The notes beneath the pieces are model-generated. The model searched no databases. It was given only the letters and a program-made list of their open reading frames with translations, and was not told the origin of the DNA. Shown here piece by piece: positions 30,427-40,068 of a DNA stretch of 64,000 nt. The DNA is from an uncultured Candidatus Saccharibacteria bacterium (GTDB taxonomy: Bacteria > Patescibacteriota > Minisyncoccia > Phycocordibacterales > DATGWK01), in assembly GCA_964356815.1 (NCBI GenBank), contig CAYHIR010000003.1, positions 2,198-66,197 of the forward strand, written 5' to 3'. A program made the translations under genes and the position numbers. Position 1 is the stretch's first letter; each line of letters starts with the position of its first letter.

Positions 30427-31200
30427 TTATTTTCCAACATCCGACTGGGCCGCAGTGACAGGCTTGGCCGCAGTACTCGCTAAATATGTAAGAAAACCTG
30501 GCACGATTGGCAAAATACACGGCGAGAGAAAAGAGCCGAGACCGGCAAGAAACGCAATGCCCGCGTTTACCAAAGAAAAAGATTTTATACCGCCACCAGA
30601 GCCAGTTACTGCATCAAATCTACCAAGCAGATCGATGATAAAAAAAAAATTGGCGATACGCGCGAGCTGGCTCGTAAAAATCAAAACGCCCATGAGCACC
30701 AAGAGCGCGCCGAAGACATACTGAAAATACACGAGCCACTTGCCGGCCCTGTTTATAAGCGACTGAGCTTGCGTAGAAAAAAGGCCGACGACAATAAACG
30801 GAATGCCGATACCGAGCGTGTAAGAAAAGAGTAAGAAAAAAGCACTACCAGGAAAAGTGGCGGCTAGAGCCAGAATCGCGCCGAGTGCCGCCGATACGCA
30901 CGGCGTCCAGCCCACAGCAAATGCCGCACCAAAAACAAAAGAGGTTAGAAGATGCGACTTAAATCTGCGCTTTACAGAAACCGTATGCTCGCGCTCCAAA
31001 AATGAGAGGCGAAAAAGACCCATTATGAAAAGACCGAAAATAATTATGATAGCACCGCCGATGCGCGCCAGCCACTCGGCTACAGTGTTTGAAACATTTT
31101 CCAGAACGGTCTGGAGCAAAACGCCCACAATAGAAAAAACGAATGAAAATCCGAGAACAAAAAATACGCTAGCCCAAAAAATACTCCAATCTCTTTTCAT
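30427..31200 (-). CDS. ccdA: CcdA/DsbD-family membrane protein, apparently circularly permuted
   Basis: FVLGFS.VF and GWTPC motifs; AFLAG..SFLSPC.LP motif at the C-terminus; start trimmed to ATG 31200. Confidence 0.85.
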   Translation of the reverse strand: MKRDWSIFWASVFFVLGFSFVFSIVGVLLQTVLENVSNTVAEWLARIGGAIIIIFGLFIMGLFRLSFLEREHTVSVKRRFKSHLLTSFVFGAAFAVGWTPCVSAALGAILALAATFPGSAFFLLFSYTLGIGIPFIVVGLFSTQAQSLINRAGKWLVYFQYVFGALLVLMGVLIFTSQLARIANFFFIIDLLGRFDAVTGSGGGIKSFSLVNAGIAFLAGLGSFLSPCILPIVPGFLTYLASTAAKPVTAAQSDVGK

Positions 31201-31285
31201 TTGCGTATTATAACCCATATTACGATAGGTTGCACTTTTAAGTGTGAGATGTTACACTCACGACACAAAAAACCTTTAAAATCCA

Positions 31286-31813
31286 TTGGCTACCCCAGAT
31301 CGAGTTAAAATAAATCACTTCATTCGTGCCGCAGAGCTCCGTGTCATCGGCGACGATGGTGCAAATTATGGCGTCCTTTCCCTTACCGACGCCCTAAAAA
31401 AAGCTGAGGAGCTCGGCCTCGATCTCATAGAAATCTCGCCTCTCGCCTCGCCGCCGATTGCCAAAATAATGGACTTCGGCAAGTTTCAATATAATCAAAA
31501 TAAAAAACAAAAGAGTGTCCGCACCAAATCTCACACAGTGGAGACGAAGAGCATTCAAATAAAAGTAGGCACCGGCGACCACGATCTCGATCTCAAAGCC
31601 AAAAAAGCTTCGGAGTGGCTCCGTGGTGGCAATCGCGTAAAAGTCGACCTATTTCTCCCTGGTCGCACAAAATATATGGACATAAAGTTCCTCAAGGAGC
31701 GCTTGGAGCGCATTCTAAAGCTCATCACTGAGCCGTACAAAGTATCCGAGGAGGCCAAGAAGGGTCCTAAGGGCATGGGCATGGTAATCGAGCGCGACAT
31801 CACCAAAAAGTAG
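31286..31813 (+). CDS. infC: Translation initiation factor IF-3
   Basis: IN..IRA.ELRVI, LDLIEISP, MDFGKF, GDHD; non-ATG start. Confidence 0.95.
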   Translation: MATPDRVKINHFIRAAELRVIGDDGANYGVLSLTDALKKAEELGLDLIEISPLASPPIAKIMDFGKFQYNQNKKQKSVRTKSHTVETKSIQIKVGTGDHDLDLKAKKASEWLRGGNRVKVDLFLPGRTKYMDIKFLKERLERILKLITEPYKVSEEAKKGPKGMGMVIERDITKK

Positions 31814-31870
31814 CCGGGTTGCCTAAAAAGTAGACAATATTCCGTAAATCCTTATAATACTAAGTCCGAC

Positions 31871-32053
31871 ATGAAAGTTAACAAATCATTCCTAAAACGC
31901 CTTAAATTGACCCGCACAGGGAAGGTTTTGGCGCGTAAAGCAGGGCAAAACCACTTCAATGCCAAGCAAAGCGGTCGCAAACAGCTCGGTGGCAATCGCA
32001 TGGGTGGTTTTATCGTCAACAACAAAATCAAGAGCCGATACCTCATAAAATAA
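31871..32053 (+). CDS. rpmI: 50S ribosomal protein L35
   Basis: K.NKS..KR.K.T.TGK; synteny. Confidence 0.93.
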   Translation: MKVNKSFLKRLKLTRTGKVLARKAGQNHFNAKQSGRKQLGGNRMGGFIVNNKIKSRYLIK

Positions 32054-32054
32054 T

Positions 32055-32399
32055 ATGACAAGAGTTAAAAAAGGTACAAATGCCTTAAAAACCAGAAAAA
32101 ATATCCTTCGCGCCACTAAGGGTTTTCGCCATGGCCGAAGTTCAAAAGAAAAACAAGCTTACGAAGCTTTGATGCATGCCGGCGCTTCTGCCTTCGCTCA
32201 TCGTCGCGACAAAAAGGGTGATTTCCGCCGCCTTTGGAACGTCCGCTTAAACGCCGCTCTCCGCCAACACGGTTGGACATACAGCAAATTCATCGGTGCC
32301 GCTAAGAAAAAAGGTATCGAAGTCAATCGCAAAATGCTTTCTGAAATTGCCGCTGCAAATCCAGAATCTTTCAAAAGAATTGTCGCTAAGGTTGCCTAA
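32055..32399 (+). CDS. rplT: 50S ribosomal protein L20
   Basis: MTRVK.G, KK.DFRRLW..R.NAA, NRKMLSEIA. Confidence 0.98.
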   Translation: MTRVKKGTNALKTRKNILRATKGFRHGRSSKEKQAYEALMHAGASAFAHRRDKKGDFRRLWNVRLNAALRQHGWTYSKFIGAAKKKGIEVNRKMLSEIAAANPESFKRIVAKVA

Positions 32400-32469
32400 A
32401 AATTTAGGCGTGCTATTTTAAGCGCGGACAGAACCCAGACAGAACTCAAACAAAAGAAGGAGAACGCCA

Positions 32470-33138
32470 GTGAGTAAACCCATGCGGAGTGTGGTTTTCT
32501 TTTTCGTTGCCACGATCATATTGTTGGTGATCACAGTGGGAGTATGTTTTCTCTCCCCCCAACCAGAATGGAAGAAGTACATCAAGGAAAACTTCCCCGA
32601 GGGCAACCGCACAGAACAGACATCACTAAAAGGAGAGTGGCGAGACCGTGTGTATGAGCTGGAAGACATGGTGGGCAATGAGTGGACAAAGAAAGATGTC
32701 GATAGTCTGGTGAACATCGTAAAAGCTGGCTACCCGACACAAAGCCGAGAGCTCGGAAAGAAAAAATCGACCGAAGAAAACGACCGAGATTTCGGCGAGT
32801 ACCATGTTTGGTGGGCAGCAAACATATGCTTGATGGCAAGGCTTCAAGCCAACATCGAGGTTGGCGCACCACTTCCAAATTCTGCCAGAGAGACCATCGA
32901 GAAATTGTGGATCGAGGAACTCAAACAGGAATTTTCCGAGCGAAGATCGATGGCGGCAGGAAATCTAATCGAACACGGATTCACCGAAAATCCCGTGGTC
33001 CGCAAGTTGGTCGATGACGCAATCGACGAGCTCGATCCAGACGACAAAGACGACATGGTCATCATGCGAGCGAATCACGACAAAGCGAAAGAAAACAAGA
33101 GGAAACTGAAGAAAATGGCGGCGGAGAAAAAGCAATGA
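32470..33138 (+). CDS. Hypothetical membrane-anchored helical protein
   Basis: AGGAG SD, N-terminal TM helix, downstream terminator. Confidence 0.7.
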   Translation: MSKPMRSVVFFFVATIILLVITVGVCFLSPQPEWKKYIKENFPEGNRTEQTSLKGEWRDRVYELEDMVGNEWTKKDVDSLVNIVKAGYPTQSRELGKKKSTEENDRDFGEYHVWWAANICLMARLQANIEVGAPLPNSARETIEKLWIEELKQEFSERRSMAAGNLIEHGFTENPVVRKLVDDAIDELDPDDKDDMVIMRANHDKAKENKRKLKKMAAEKKQ

Positions 33139-33229
33139 AGCCGGCATGGCGCAAAGAGCAACACGACACCGCGAGCCTTCTCGTGGTGTTTTTTTATTTA
33201 AAAATCCGGCCGCCGTCGGCTGTGCAATT

Positions 33230-34681
33230 TTAATCAATTTTATAAACCTTCCCCTCCTCAGGCGCGATTGCTTCCACACCAATATAATCGCGAACGCGTT
33301 GCGTGAGAAAAAGGGCCGACTTCGGCTCGCCCATCACAACAAAAACTTTTTTGAGGCTGTCGCCCGCCGTGGAAATGAGCTCGAGCAAACCTTCTGAGTC
33401 GCGATGGCCGGAGTAGCCGCTAATCATTTTCACCTGTGCTCGCACCGGGATTTTTTCGCCATTTATTTCCACTTCGCGTGCACCTTCTGAAAGCAAGCGG
33501 CCAAGCGTACCCACAGCTTGATAGCCGGTGAGAAGAAGTGTGTTTTCGGCATGTGGCAAATAGAGCGCCTCGTGCGCCACCACTCGCCCACCAGAAGACA
33601 TGCCCGAGCCAGCAATAATTATTTTCGCACCATGAACATTGCCAATAGCCGCCGAATCGTGACCGGTGTAAGAAATTTTGAGTCGCGGAAAATTGAAAAT
33701 GTCGTCGCCACTTTCCATTTCTTTGCGCGCGCCAACATTGAAAAGTGCGCCAGAACTTTTATAAATCGCCGTGAGTTTTATTGCTAGTGGCGAATCGAGA
33801 AATACGGGCACAGAAGGAATGGCGCCAGTTTCCACCAATTTATCTAATTCGTAAAGCAAAATCTGCGCGCGTTCGAGCGAAAAAGCTGGAATTACGAGCG
33901 TGCCTTTTTTCGCTATAGAGCCGCGCACAATATCGGCAAAATTTTTATCGCGTTCACTTTTTGCTTCGTGGTTGCGATCGCCGTACACGCTGTCTATCAC
34001 TAAATAATCCGCGCCGGTGAGATGCTCAGTGTCGCGAATTAAGGGCGACGGCGAATTACCCGTGTCGCCGGTGAAAATTATTGTGCGTGGCGCGACGGTT
34101 TCGCTCACGGTGGCCGCGCCGGCATGGCCACGATGTGTAATTTTCATCATCGCCGAACCGAGAATGTGACCGGCGTCTAAAAATTCAACGCTAAAATTTC
34201 CCACCGCGTGAAAATTTTTGTGATACAGAAATGTGTGCCAAAGATTTAGTGCCTGTTCGATATGATGCTCTTCAAAAAATGGTTCTCGCGACTCTGGCGA
34301 ATTGGTCTGCCAGTCGTGTTCGGCATTTTTTTTAAAACTTTGCACACGAAGTAAATCTTCGAGCATGAAGCGGGCGATGGCTTTCGTTTCTGGTGTCGAA
34401 AAAATTTTGCCGCGAAAACCATCTTTTACGAGCTTCGGAATGCGACCAATATGATCGAGATGAGCGTGAGTGACGAGCAGGGCGTCTATTTCACTCGGAT
34501 TGTATGGAAAAGGTTTGCGATTTTCTTCGTCGGCCGCTGGTATACCTTGGATCAGGCCGCAGTCTATTAAAATTTTCGCCGAGCCGTCAGAAATTAAAAA
34601 ATTCGCGCCGGTCACAGTGCGAACTCCGCTCCAAAATGTTAGTTGTAAATTTTCCGCCGCAGTATCGAGATTTTTTTTCAC
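33230..34681 (-). CDS. MBL-fold beta-CASP ribonuclease
   Basis: THAHLDHIG, AGHILGS, FTGD, IPAFSLERAQ, GSGMSSGGR, YSGHRD. Confidence 0.93.
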   Translation of the reverse strand: MKKNLDTAAENLQLTFWSGVRTVTGANFLISDGSAKILIDCGLIQGIPAADEENRKPFPYNPSEIDALLVTHAHLDHIGRIPKLVKDGFRGKIFSTPETKAIARFMLEDLLRVQSFKKNAEHDWQTNSPESREPFFEEHHIEQALNLWHTFLYHKNFHAVGNFSVEFLDAGHILGSAMMKITHRGHAGAATVSETVAPRTIIFTGDTGNSPSPLIRDTEHLTGADYLVIDSVYGDRNHEAKSERDKNFADIVRGSIAKKGTLVIPAFSLERAQILLYELDKLVETGAIPSVPVFLDSPLAIKLTAIYKSSGALFNVGARKEMESGDDIFNFPRLKISYTGHDSAAIGNVHGAKIIIAGSGMSSGGRVVAHEALYLPHAENTLLLTGYQAVGTLGRLLSEGAREVEINGEKIPVRAQVKMISGYSGHRDSEGLLELISTAGDSLKKVFVVMGEPKSALFLTQRVRDYIGVEAIAPEEGKVYKID

Positions 34682-34741
34682 TGTTTAATCATACTACAAT
34701 CTCGCGGCGTCTAAATCGGCGGCGACATGCCACCGGAAATT

Positions 34742-34925
34742 AAAATACCCGCTTCGCAAAAGCGTCGCGGATATTTTAAATTGGTTACTCGTAGGATTTA
34801 CCCTAGTTTGAATACTAGGTGGGTGCTCTCAGATGCATTCTTCAGAACGAATTAACGCTCATCCGACTACATAGATATTGAGCTCCCTAGAAACTCTTAT
34901 CTAGATTAAATCATCCAAGTAACCT
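34742..34925 (-). ncRNA. Candidate rod-shaped structured ncRNA (about 143 nt plus terminator)
   Basis: TATAAT at 34937-34932; ends pair (GGTTACTTG..GATTTA/TAAATC..CGAGTAACC); inner stems; terminator 34742-34777. Confidence 0.45.
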
Positions 34926-35058
34926 GTTGTGATTATATTCCTCATGCAACCATCCGAACAGTTGATAACCTGTGCAGAAGTTGTGTACTACTTGGGCACA
35001 ACATCGAAATGGAGGCGAAGCGCGAAAAAACCCTTATCTGCTCTCACCTATTCCCAAC

Positions 35059-35703
35059 CTACTCCCAAATACCGTCCATATTTACATCGTAGAGAATTTG
35101 TTCTTGGATGAGAAGATAGTCGACTAATTCCTCCGGCCGGAACCAAAGTGCCAATTCTTTTTCGGCGTCTTCTGTTGTACCAGAAGCGTGAATCAAATTT
35201 CTGATCGCGCGTTTGTCGGTATCGGACATTGTGTAAGAGTCGAGAACGAAATCGCCACGAATTGTGCCGACGTCTGTAGAAAGCGGCTCTGTGCCACCAG
35301 TAATTTTTCGCACAATCTTCACCGCATGCGCACCTTCCCATGCCATGGCAATGACAGGACCGCTCGTCATATATTTTTTAAGATTTTCTAAAATGACAGC
35401 CGTGATTTCAAACGGATCTTCGCTCGGCGGCGCTTCACCTTTTTCACGCGCCACTTTTATGCGCTTCTCGCCAGTGATGCGTCGCCATTCTGGATCGATT
35501 GTATAATGTTTCTCCACCATATCAGCCGTCGGCACAACCATTTTTATACCCACGAGCTTCAAACCAATGCGTTCATATCTTTTTACAATCTCACCAATAA
35601 GTGTACGCTGAATGCCGTCTGGCTTCACTACCACAAGTGTACGTTCTTTTTTCGGATGCGGTCGTCCGTCTGTTTGTCCGCCTTGTTGAATACTTTGAGT
35701 CAT
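35059..35703 (-). CDS. ndk: Nucleoside diphosphate kinase
   Basis: ERTLVVVKPDG, GTIRGDF, RNLIHASG. Confidence 0.96.
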   Translation of the reverse strand: MTQSIQQGGQTDGRPHPKKERTLVVVKPDGIQRTLIGEIVKRYERIGLKLVGIKMVVPTADMVEKHYTIDPEWRRITGEKRIKVAREKGEAPPSEDPFEITAVILENLKKYMTSGPVIAMAWEGAHAVKIVRKITGGTEPLSTDVGTIRGDFVLDSYTMSDTDKRAIRNLIHASGTTEDAEKELALWFRPEELVDYLLIQEQILYDVNMDGIWE

Positions 35704-35782
35704 GGGAAAAAGTATAAACTAAACCACCTATAAAACAAAACTCTCCCAACAAAACAAATTGGTGGGAGAGAAATGAAATGAT

Positions 35783-35909
35783 TTGCGAGACAGCGAAAGC
35801 AAAGCCGTTCTCACGATTCCACCTGTTGCCAGGATTGTCGTAAAACGCGTTCAGCTTGCGACCAACATCGTTGCGATTCGCACCGAGAAGGTTCGGGTTG
35901 CCGTCTGAA
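35783..35909 (-). repeat. DGR template repeat TR2
   Basis: 127-nt ungapped match to 36277-36403; Asn (AAC/AAT)-rich; followed by hairpin CTCTCCCA/TGGGAGAG. Confidence 0.9.
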
Positions 35910-36179
35910 ATGTACAGAATGCCATCCGTATCACTACCCAGCGTGAAAGCCTAAGAATCTTTGGCTGATCTTCTGGGTTGTCTGCGGGGGTTCCGCCTGT
36001 TTTCGGCATCATAATGCCTTAGCACTCTGCACCAAGTAACTTCATTTTTTGAAGTGTCTACATAAGCCCTCCGTCCGAAACCTTAATCGCGGACGCTCTC
36101 AGCTTATGGATACTGGATTCGGTAGCGGGAAACCTTGATCTCCCGCGTATTCACCTACTACCACGGAAGATTTTAGCAT

Positions 36180-36219
36180 AAAAAAAGAGCCCGATATCAC
36201 CATGTGTGATGTCGGGCTC
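36180..36219 (-). terminator. Hairpin/terminator downstream of DGR target 2
   Basis: GAGCCCGACATCAC-loop-GTGATATCGGGCTC followed by a T run on the minus strand. Confidence 0.75.
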
Positions 36220-36264
36220 GAGGACTAAGGTCAAAGGGTCCAAGAGAACCGAGTGATCAAGTGT

Positions 36265-37017
36265 CTAAGCACAAACTTGCGAGACAACAAAAGCGAAGCC
36301 ATCCTCACGACCCCACCCGTAGCCAGGCCAGGCGTAGAACGCGCTCAGCCTACGACCATCGCCGTCGCGACCCGCACCGAGAAGGCTCGGGTAGCCGTCT
36401 GAACCTTTGATGGTGTCGTGCATTGCGATGATCCACCACAAACCCATGGCTTTGATCTCTTCATCCGAGTAGTTTGCTCGTATGAGACATGCGAGCTCGG
36501 CATTCGGGGTGCTCCAGCCACGCTTCTGGCCATCGGCACGAATGTTCTCTGTGGTTCGCAGAGTGTCGGAAAAAAGTTCTCCTTTGAGCACGGCGACACG
36601 GTAGGTCACATTGTTCGTTGTCTTGAAGCTGGGTGAACGAAGAACGAATTCGGCTTCAGAACCAATGCTGTACCCATTCTCCTTGAACCAGGTGATCCAC
36701 TCCTCTCCGGTCTTGCCGTTTGAGGTGACCGAGAAGTAGATGACGCCGTCTTCCTCACGCCAGCGAAGAGCTGGTGTTGAAACCACCAATTCACCACTCG
36801 CAAGCCGATGAACAGCATCAAGTCCTCCAACCCTCTGAATGAGTCGCTCGAGAAGATCGTCTTCGCCGCGGAGAAACCTCTTGATGTCGCTCAGCCAACG
36901 ATCACCATCAATACCGGCCAACCTCAAAGCGATGTCGATGAAGATGCCGAGCTTGGACTCTTCCAATCCACCAATGGCCATAAAAACCTTGCCGAGCATG
37001 CTGTCTCTTGCTTGCAT
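36265..37017 (-). CDS. DGR target protein 2 (C-terminal variable region, probable C-type-lectin fold)
   Basis: C-terminus is VR2; AAAGGAG SD. Confidence 0.88.
   Translation of the reverse strand: MQARDSMLGKVFMAIGGLEESKLGIFIDIALRLAGIDGDRWLSDIKRFLRGEDDLLERLIQRVGGLDAVHRLASGELVVSTPALRWREEDGVIYFSVTSNGKTGEEWITWFKENGYSIGSEAEFVLRSPSFKTTNNVTYRVAVLKGELFSDTLRTTENIRADGQKRGWSTPNAELACLIRANYSDEEIKAMGLWWIIAMHDTIKGSDGYPSLLGAGRDGDGRRLSAFYAWPGYGWGREDGFAFVVSQVCA
36277..36403 (-). repeat. DGR variable repeat VR2
   Basis: 25 mismatches to TR2, 16 at TR adenines. Confidence 0.88.
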
Positions 37018-37116
37018 GGTCAGCTCCTTTCTGAAATGAGTCTTACTGTCAGCACAACGTGTGCCGAGAGCAAGACTCTGACAAAGAACTACCCGTAAAT
37101 AATATCACAAACTACC

Positions 37117-37932
37117 CTATCTTGTCAACACCTCCGGCCCGTCCTCCCCAATCACAATAGTATGTTCAAAATGTGCCGAGCGGCGGCCGTCTTTGGTGCG
37201 CACAGTGTAGCCATCTTTGCGGTCGAAAACTACGGCGTCGGTGCCCTCGTTGAGCATCGGCTCTATGGCAATCACCATTCCCGGCTTTAGAAGTGCGCCC
37301 TCGCCACGGCGGCCGGTATTGGGCACGTAAGGGTCTTCATGAACGGCATAGCCCACGCCATGGCCCGCGAGCTCTTCTGCCAGGCCGAAGCCGAGCGGCC
37401 GCACAAAGCTCTCCACTGCTTCGCCAATGTCGCCCACTCGTCCGCCTGGTTGGGCCGCGGCAATGGCTTTGTCTAACGCTTCGCGCGTGGCTTTCACAAG
37501 CGCGCGAGCTTTTTCTAGACATTTCGCATCGCCCGCGCTTTTGCCGCCAGCTTTACCCACAATCACCGTCACCGCCGCGTCTGTTATGAGGCCTGCATGA
37601 ATGAGTCCCATATCAACGGCCACGATGTCACCTTCTTTAAAAATTTTATCGGCTGTGGGAATGCCGTGCACGATTTCATCGTTTACTGAAATGCAGACGC
37701 TACCCGGAAAAGGTCGCGCCGCGCCGTCGGGTTGATAGCCGAGAAAAGCTGGTGCGTCTTCTTCGCCGCGTTCGTCTCTACCTGCTTTCACAAGCTCCGC
37801 GGCCAAACGGTCGATATCAGCCGCTGAGACGCCGGGCTTCACCTCGCTCGCCAAGCGCTTCAAAATAGCCGCCAAACGCCGGCCACCCTCTCGGAGAAGA
37901 ACGATTTCTTCTGGAGTTTTAATGGTTATCAT
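37117..37932 (-). CDS. map: Methionine aminopeptidase type I
   Basis: CISVNDEIVHGIP, D.G, GHGVG..HEDP, AIEPM, SAHFEHT. Confidence 0.97.
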   Translation of the reverse strand: MITIKTPEEIVLLREGGRRLAAILKRLASEVKPGVSAADIDRLAAELVKAGRDERGEEDAPAFLGYQPDGAARPFPGSVCISVNDEIVHGIPTADKIFKEGDIVAVDMGLIHAGLITDAAVTVIVGKAGGKSAGDAKCLEKARALVKATREALDKAIAAAQPGGRVGDIGEAVESFVRPLGFGLAEELAGHGVGYAVHEDPYVPNTGRRGEGALLKPGMVIAIEPMLNEGTDAVVFDRKDGYTVRTKDGRRSAHFEHTIVIGEDGPEVLTR

Positions 37933-37941
37933 GTGGAGACA

Positions 37942-38538
37942 CTACATGAGCGGCGCGATGCGGTCAATAATTTCTTTATACACCTCGGAAATCGTCTGAT
38001 CGCCATTGATGTGGAGAAATTTGAAATGTGGATTTTGCTTATAGTATTCAATTGTTGGTACAACTTCTTTTTCGTACCAATCCAATCTGTTCTGAATTCT
38101 TTCTGGGGTAACATCATCGAGACGTCCACGCGCGGTGAGACGAGTATGAGAAACATCATTATGAATATCAAGATAAATCACAAAAGGTTTCATCTTATAA
38201 AACAAAAGAGCTGACTCAAGCACTTGAGCTTCCAAAAAAAGACGCGGTGACCCATCAAAAATAATATGCTCTTCACCTGTCAGATCTTCCACAAAATCAG
38301 TGACCCATGTCCAGACAGCTAAGAACGCTGGAAAAATACCACTCCTGTCATAGATTTCTTTTGAGAGCTTACTCGTAAGGGTCGCACCAGTAATAAGTTT
38401 TCGAAACTTAAAACCCGTTTCCTCATAGCGAATTTTTCGCGACGGGTCGGCGGCCGCCAAATACTCCTCTAAAAGTTTGCCCTGCGTCCCCTTCCCGCAA
38501 CCCGATCGGCCGATGAAGATGAATGTTTGAGGTGTCAT
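37942..38538 (-). CDS. adk: Adenylate kinase (short form)
   Basis: GRSGCGKGTQ, DGSPR, RGRLDD; between secY and map. Confidence 0.88.
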   Translation of the reverse strand: MTPQTFIFIGRSGCGKGTQGKLLEEYLAAADPSRKIRYEETGFKFRKLITGATLTSKLSKEIYDRSGIFPAFLAVWTWVTDFVEDLTGEEHIIFDGSPRLFLEAQVLESALLFYKMKPFVIYLDIHNDVSHTRLTARGRLDDVTPERIQNRLDWYEKEVVPTIEYYKQNPHFKFLHINGDQTISEVYKEIIDRIAPLM

Positions 38539-38765
38539 GTGTAAATTATAACAGAGCTTGCAATTTTAACTCTTTTGGTATATAGTACTCGCATCACTAC
38601 GAAAAAGACCCTTACGCGGTTCCGTCCGCGTCGGGGGCTTTTTCATTTTCAGCCTCTAATTCTAATATGGAGCGTTGGTCATTTATGTACGCAATATTCA
38701 CCCGAACTTTTTCTTCTAATTTGTCGATAGGTAATTCCATAAAAAATGGAAAAATAACTTAGTGA

Positions 38766-40034
38766 TTAGTATTCGCGAATAGAAATCTGCGCGTCGATTT
38801 TCTTGATGAGATCAATCACAACAGAGACAACGATAAGCAGAGCCGTACCACCGATAGAAAGCGCGGTAATACCAGTGAGCGCGCGCATAGCGAGTGGCAA
38901 AACGGCGATGAGACCGAGGAAAATGGCACCGACGAGTGTGAGGCGCACTAAAATCTTAGCAATGTGGGCAGAGGTCGATTGACCGGGGCGCACGCCAGGA
39001 ATAAACGCACCGCTTTTTTGCAAATTTTCTGAGATGGCGTTTGGATCGAAAGTGACGGCGGTGTAGAAATATGTAAAAGCAAAAACCAAAACGAAATAAA
39101 GACCGGCGTAGATCCAAGGATTATTTAAGAAACCAAGAACAACCGTAGAGACTGTCTGAACGGCGGCAACATTCACCTTCGATAAAAACTGAAAAATCAT
39201 CGTTGGGAAAAGCAAAATGGAAAGTGCAAAAATAATCGGGATGACACCAGCTTGATTGACGCGTAGTGGCAAATAAGTAGAAACGCCACCATACACCTTT
39301 CCACCACGCACACGCTTAGCGTAGGTAACAGGAATCGGCCGCTCAGCTTCGGTGACAATCACCACGCCGAGGATTACAAGAACGGTAGCCACCAAGAAAG
39401 CTAAGTAGAGAGGAATTTGCGCTGGCTCAAATGTGAATGTGAATTGAGAAATGGCGACCGGCAAACTAGCGACGATACCGGCAAAGATAATGAGCGACAT
39501 ACCGTTGCCAATACCAAACTCGCTGATGAGTTCACCGATCCACATAAGAAGCAGAGCGCCAGCCACGATGACCGCAATGTTTACGATGTAGCCAAAGGTT
39601 GTGAGACCACTAATGACGCCCTGATTGGCCAAAAGTGCCAAGAAGCTGTAACCCTGAATGATAGCCAAAGGCACAGTGAGCAAACGAGAATAATTGGCAA
39701 ATTTTCGGCGACCAAGCTCCCCTTCTTCGTGATATATCGCCTTAAGCTTTGGCGACATGATGGTCATGAGTTGCATGATGATAGACGCAGTAATGTACGG
39801 ACCAACACCGAGCATCATGATGGAAAGATTGGAAAGACCACCGCCAGAAAAAATATTCAAAAGACCAAAAAACTGATTACCCGCAAGGAAACTCTGAAGA
39901 CGAAAAACGTCTACGCCAGGGATTGGAATTGCGGCGAAGAGTCGGAACACAACCAAAGCCGCGAGCGTAAAGAAAATTCGCTTGCGGAGTATTTTATCGC
40001 CTATAAGTAGATTAAATTTTGCTAGTGCGTTCAT
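38766..40034 (-). CDS. secY: Preprotein translocase SecY
   Basis: LGVGPYITASII.QL, GIGNG.SLIIFAGI, IPGVRPG, GGTALLIVV. Confidence 0.98.
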   Translation of the reverse strand: MNALAKFNLLIGDKILRKRIFFTLAALVVFRLFAAIPIPGVDVFRLQSFLAGNQFFGLLNIFSGGGLSNLSIMMLGVGPYITASIIMQLMTIMSPKLKAIYHEEGELGRRKFANYSRLLTVPLAIIQGYSFLALLANQGVISGLTTFGYIVNIAVIVAGALLLMWIGELISEFGIGNGMSLIIFAGIVASLPVAISQFTFTFEPAQIPLYLAFLVATVLVILGVVIVTEAERPIPVTYAKRVRGGKVYGGVSTYLPLRVNQAGVIPIIFALSILLFPTMIFQFLSKVNVAAVQTVSTVVLGFLNNPWIYAGLYFVLVFAFTYFYTAVTFDPNAISENLQKSGAFIPGVRPGQSTSAHIAKILVRLTLVGAIFLGLIAVLPLAMRALTGITALSIGGTALLIVVSVVIDLIKKIDAQISIREY

Positions 40035-40068
40035 GAAATTTTCAGGCGAACGGTGGCGCGGGAATTAA

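Noticed and set aside
35930-35937. 8-nt complementarity between the 38593 sRNA seed (ATCACTAC) and the TR2 leader
   Set aside because: An 8-mer match is expected by chance in 64 kb
38567-38741. Short minus-strand ORF (MELPIDKLEEKV...) after secY
   Set aside because: Under 60 aa, runs through a terminator hairpin, no recognisable motif
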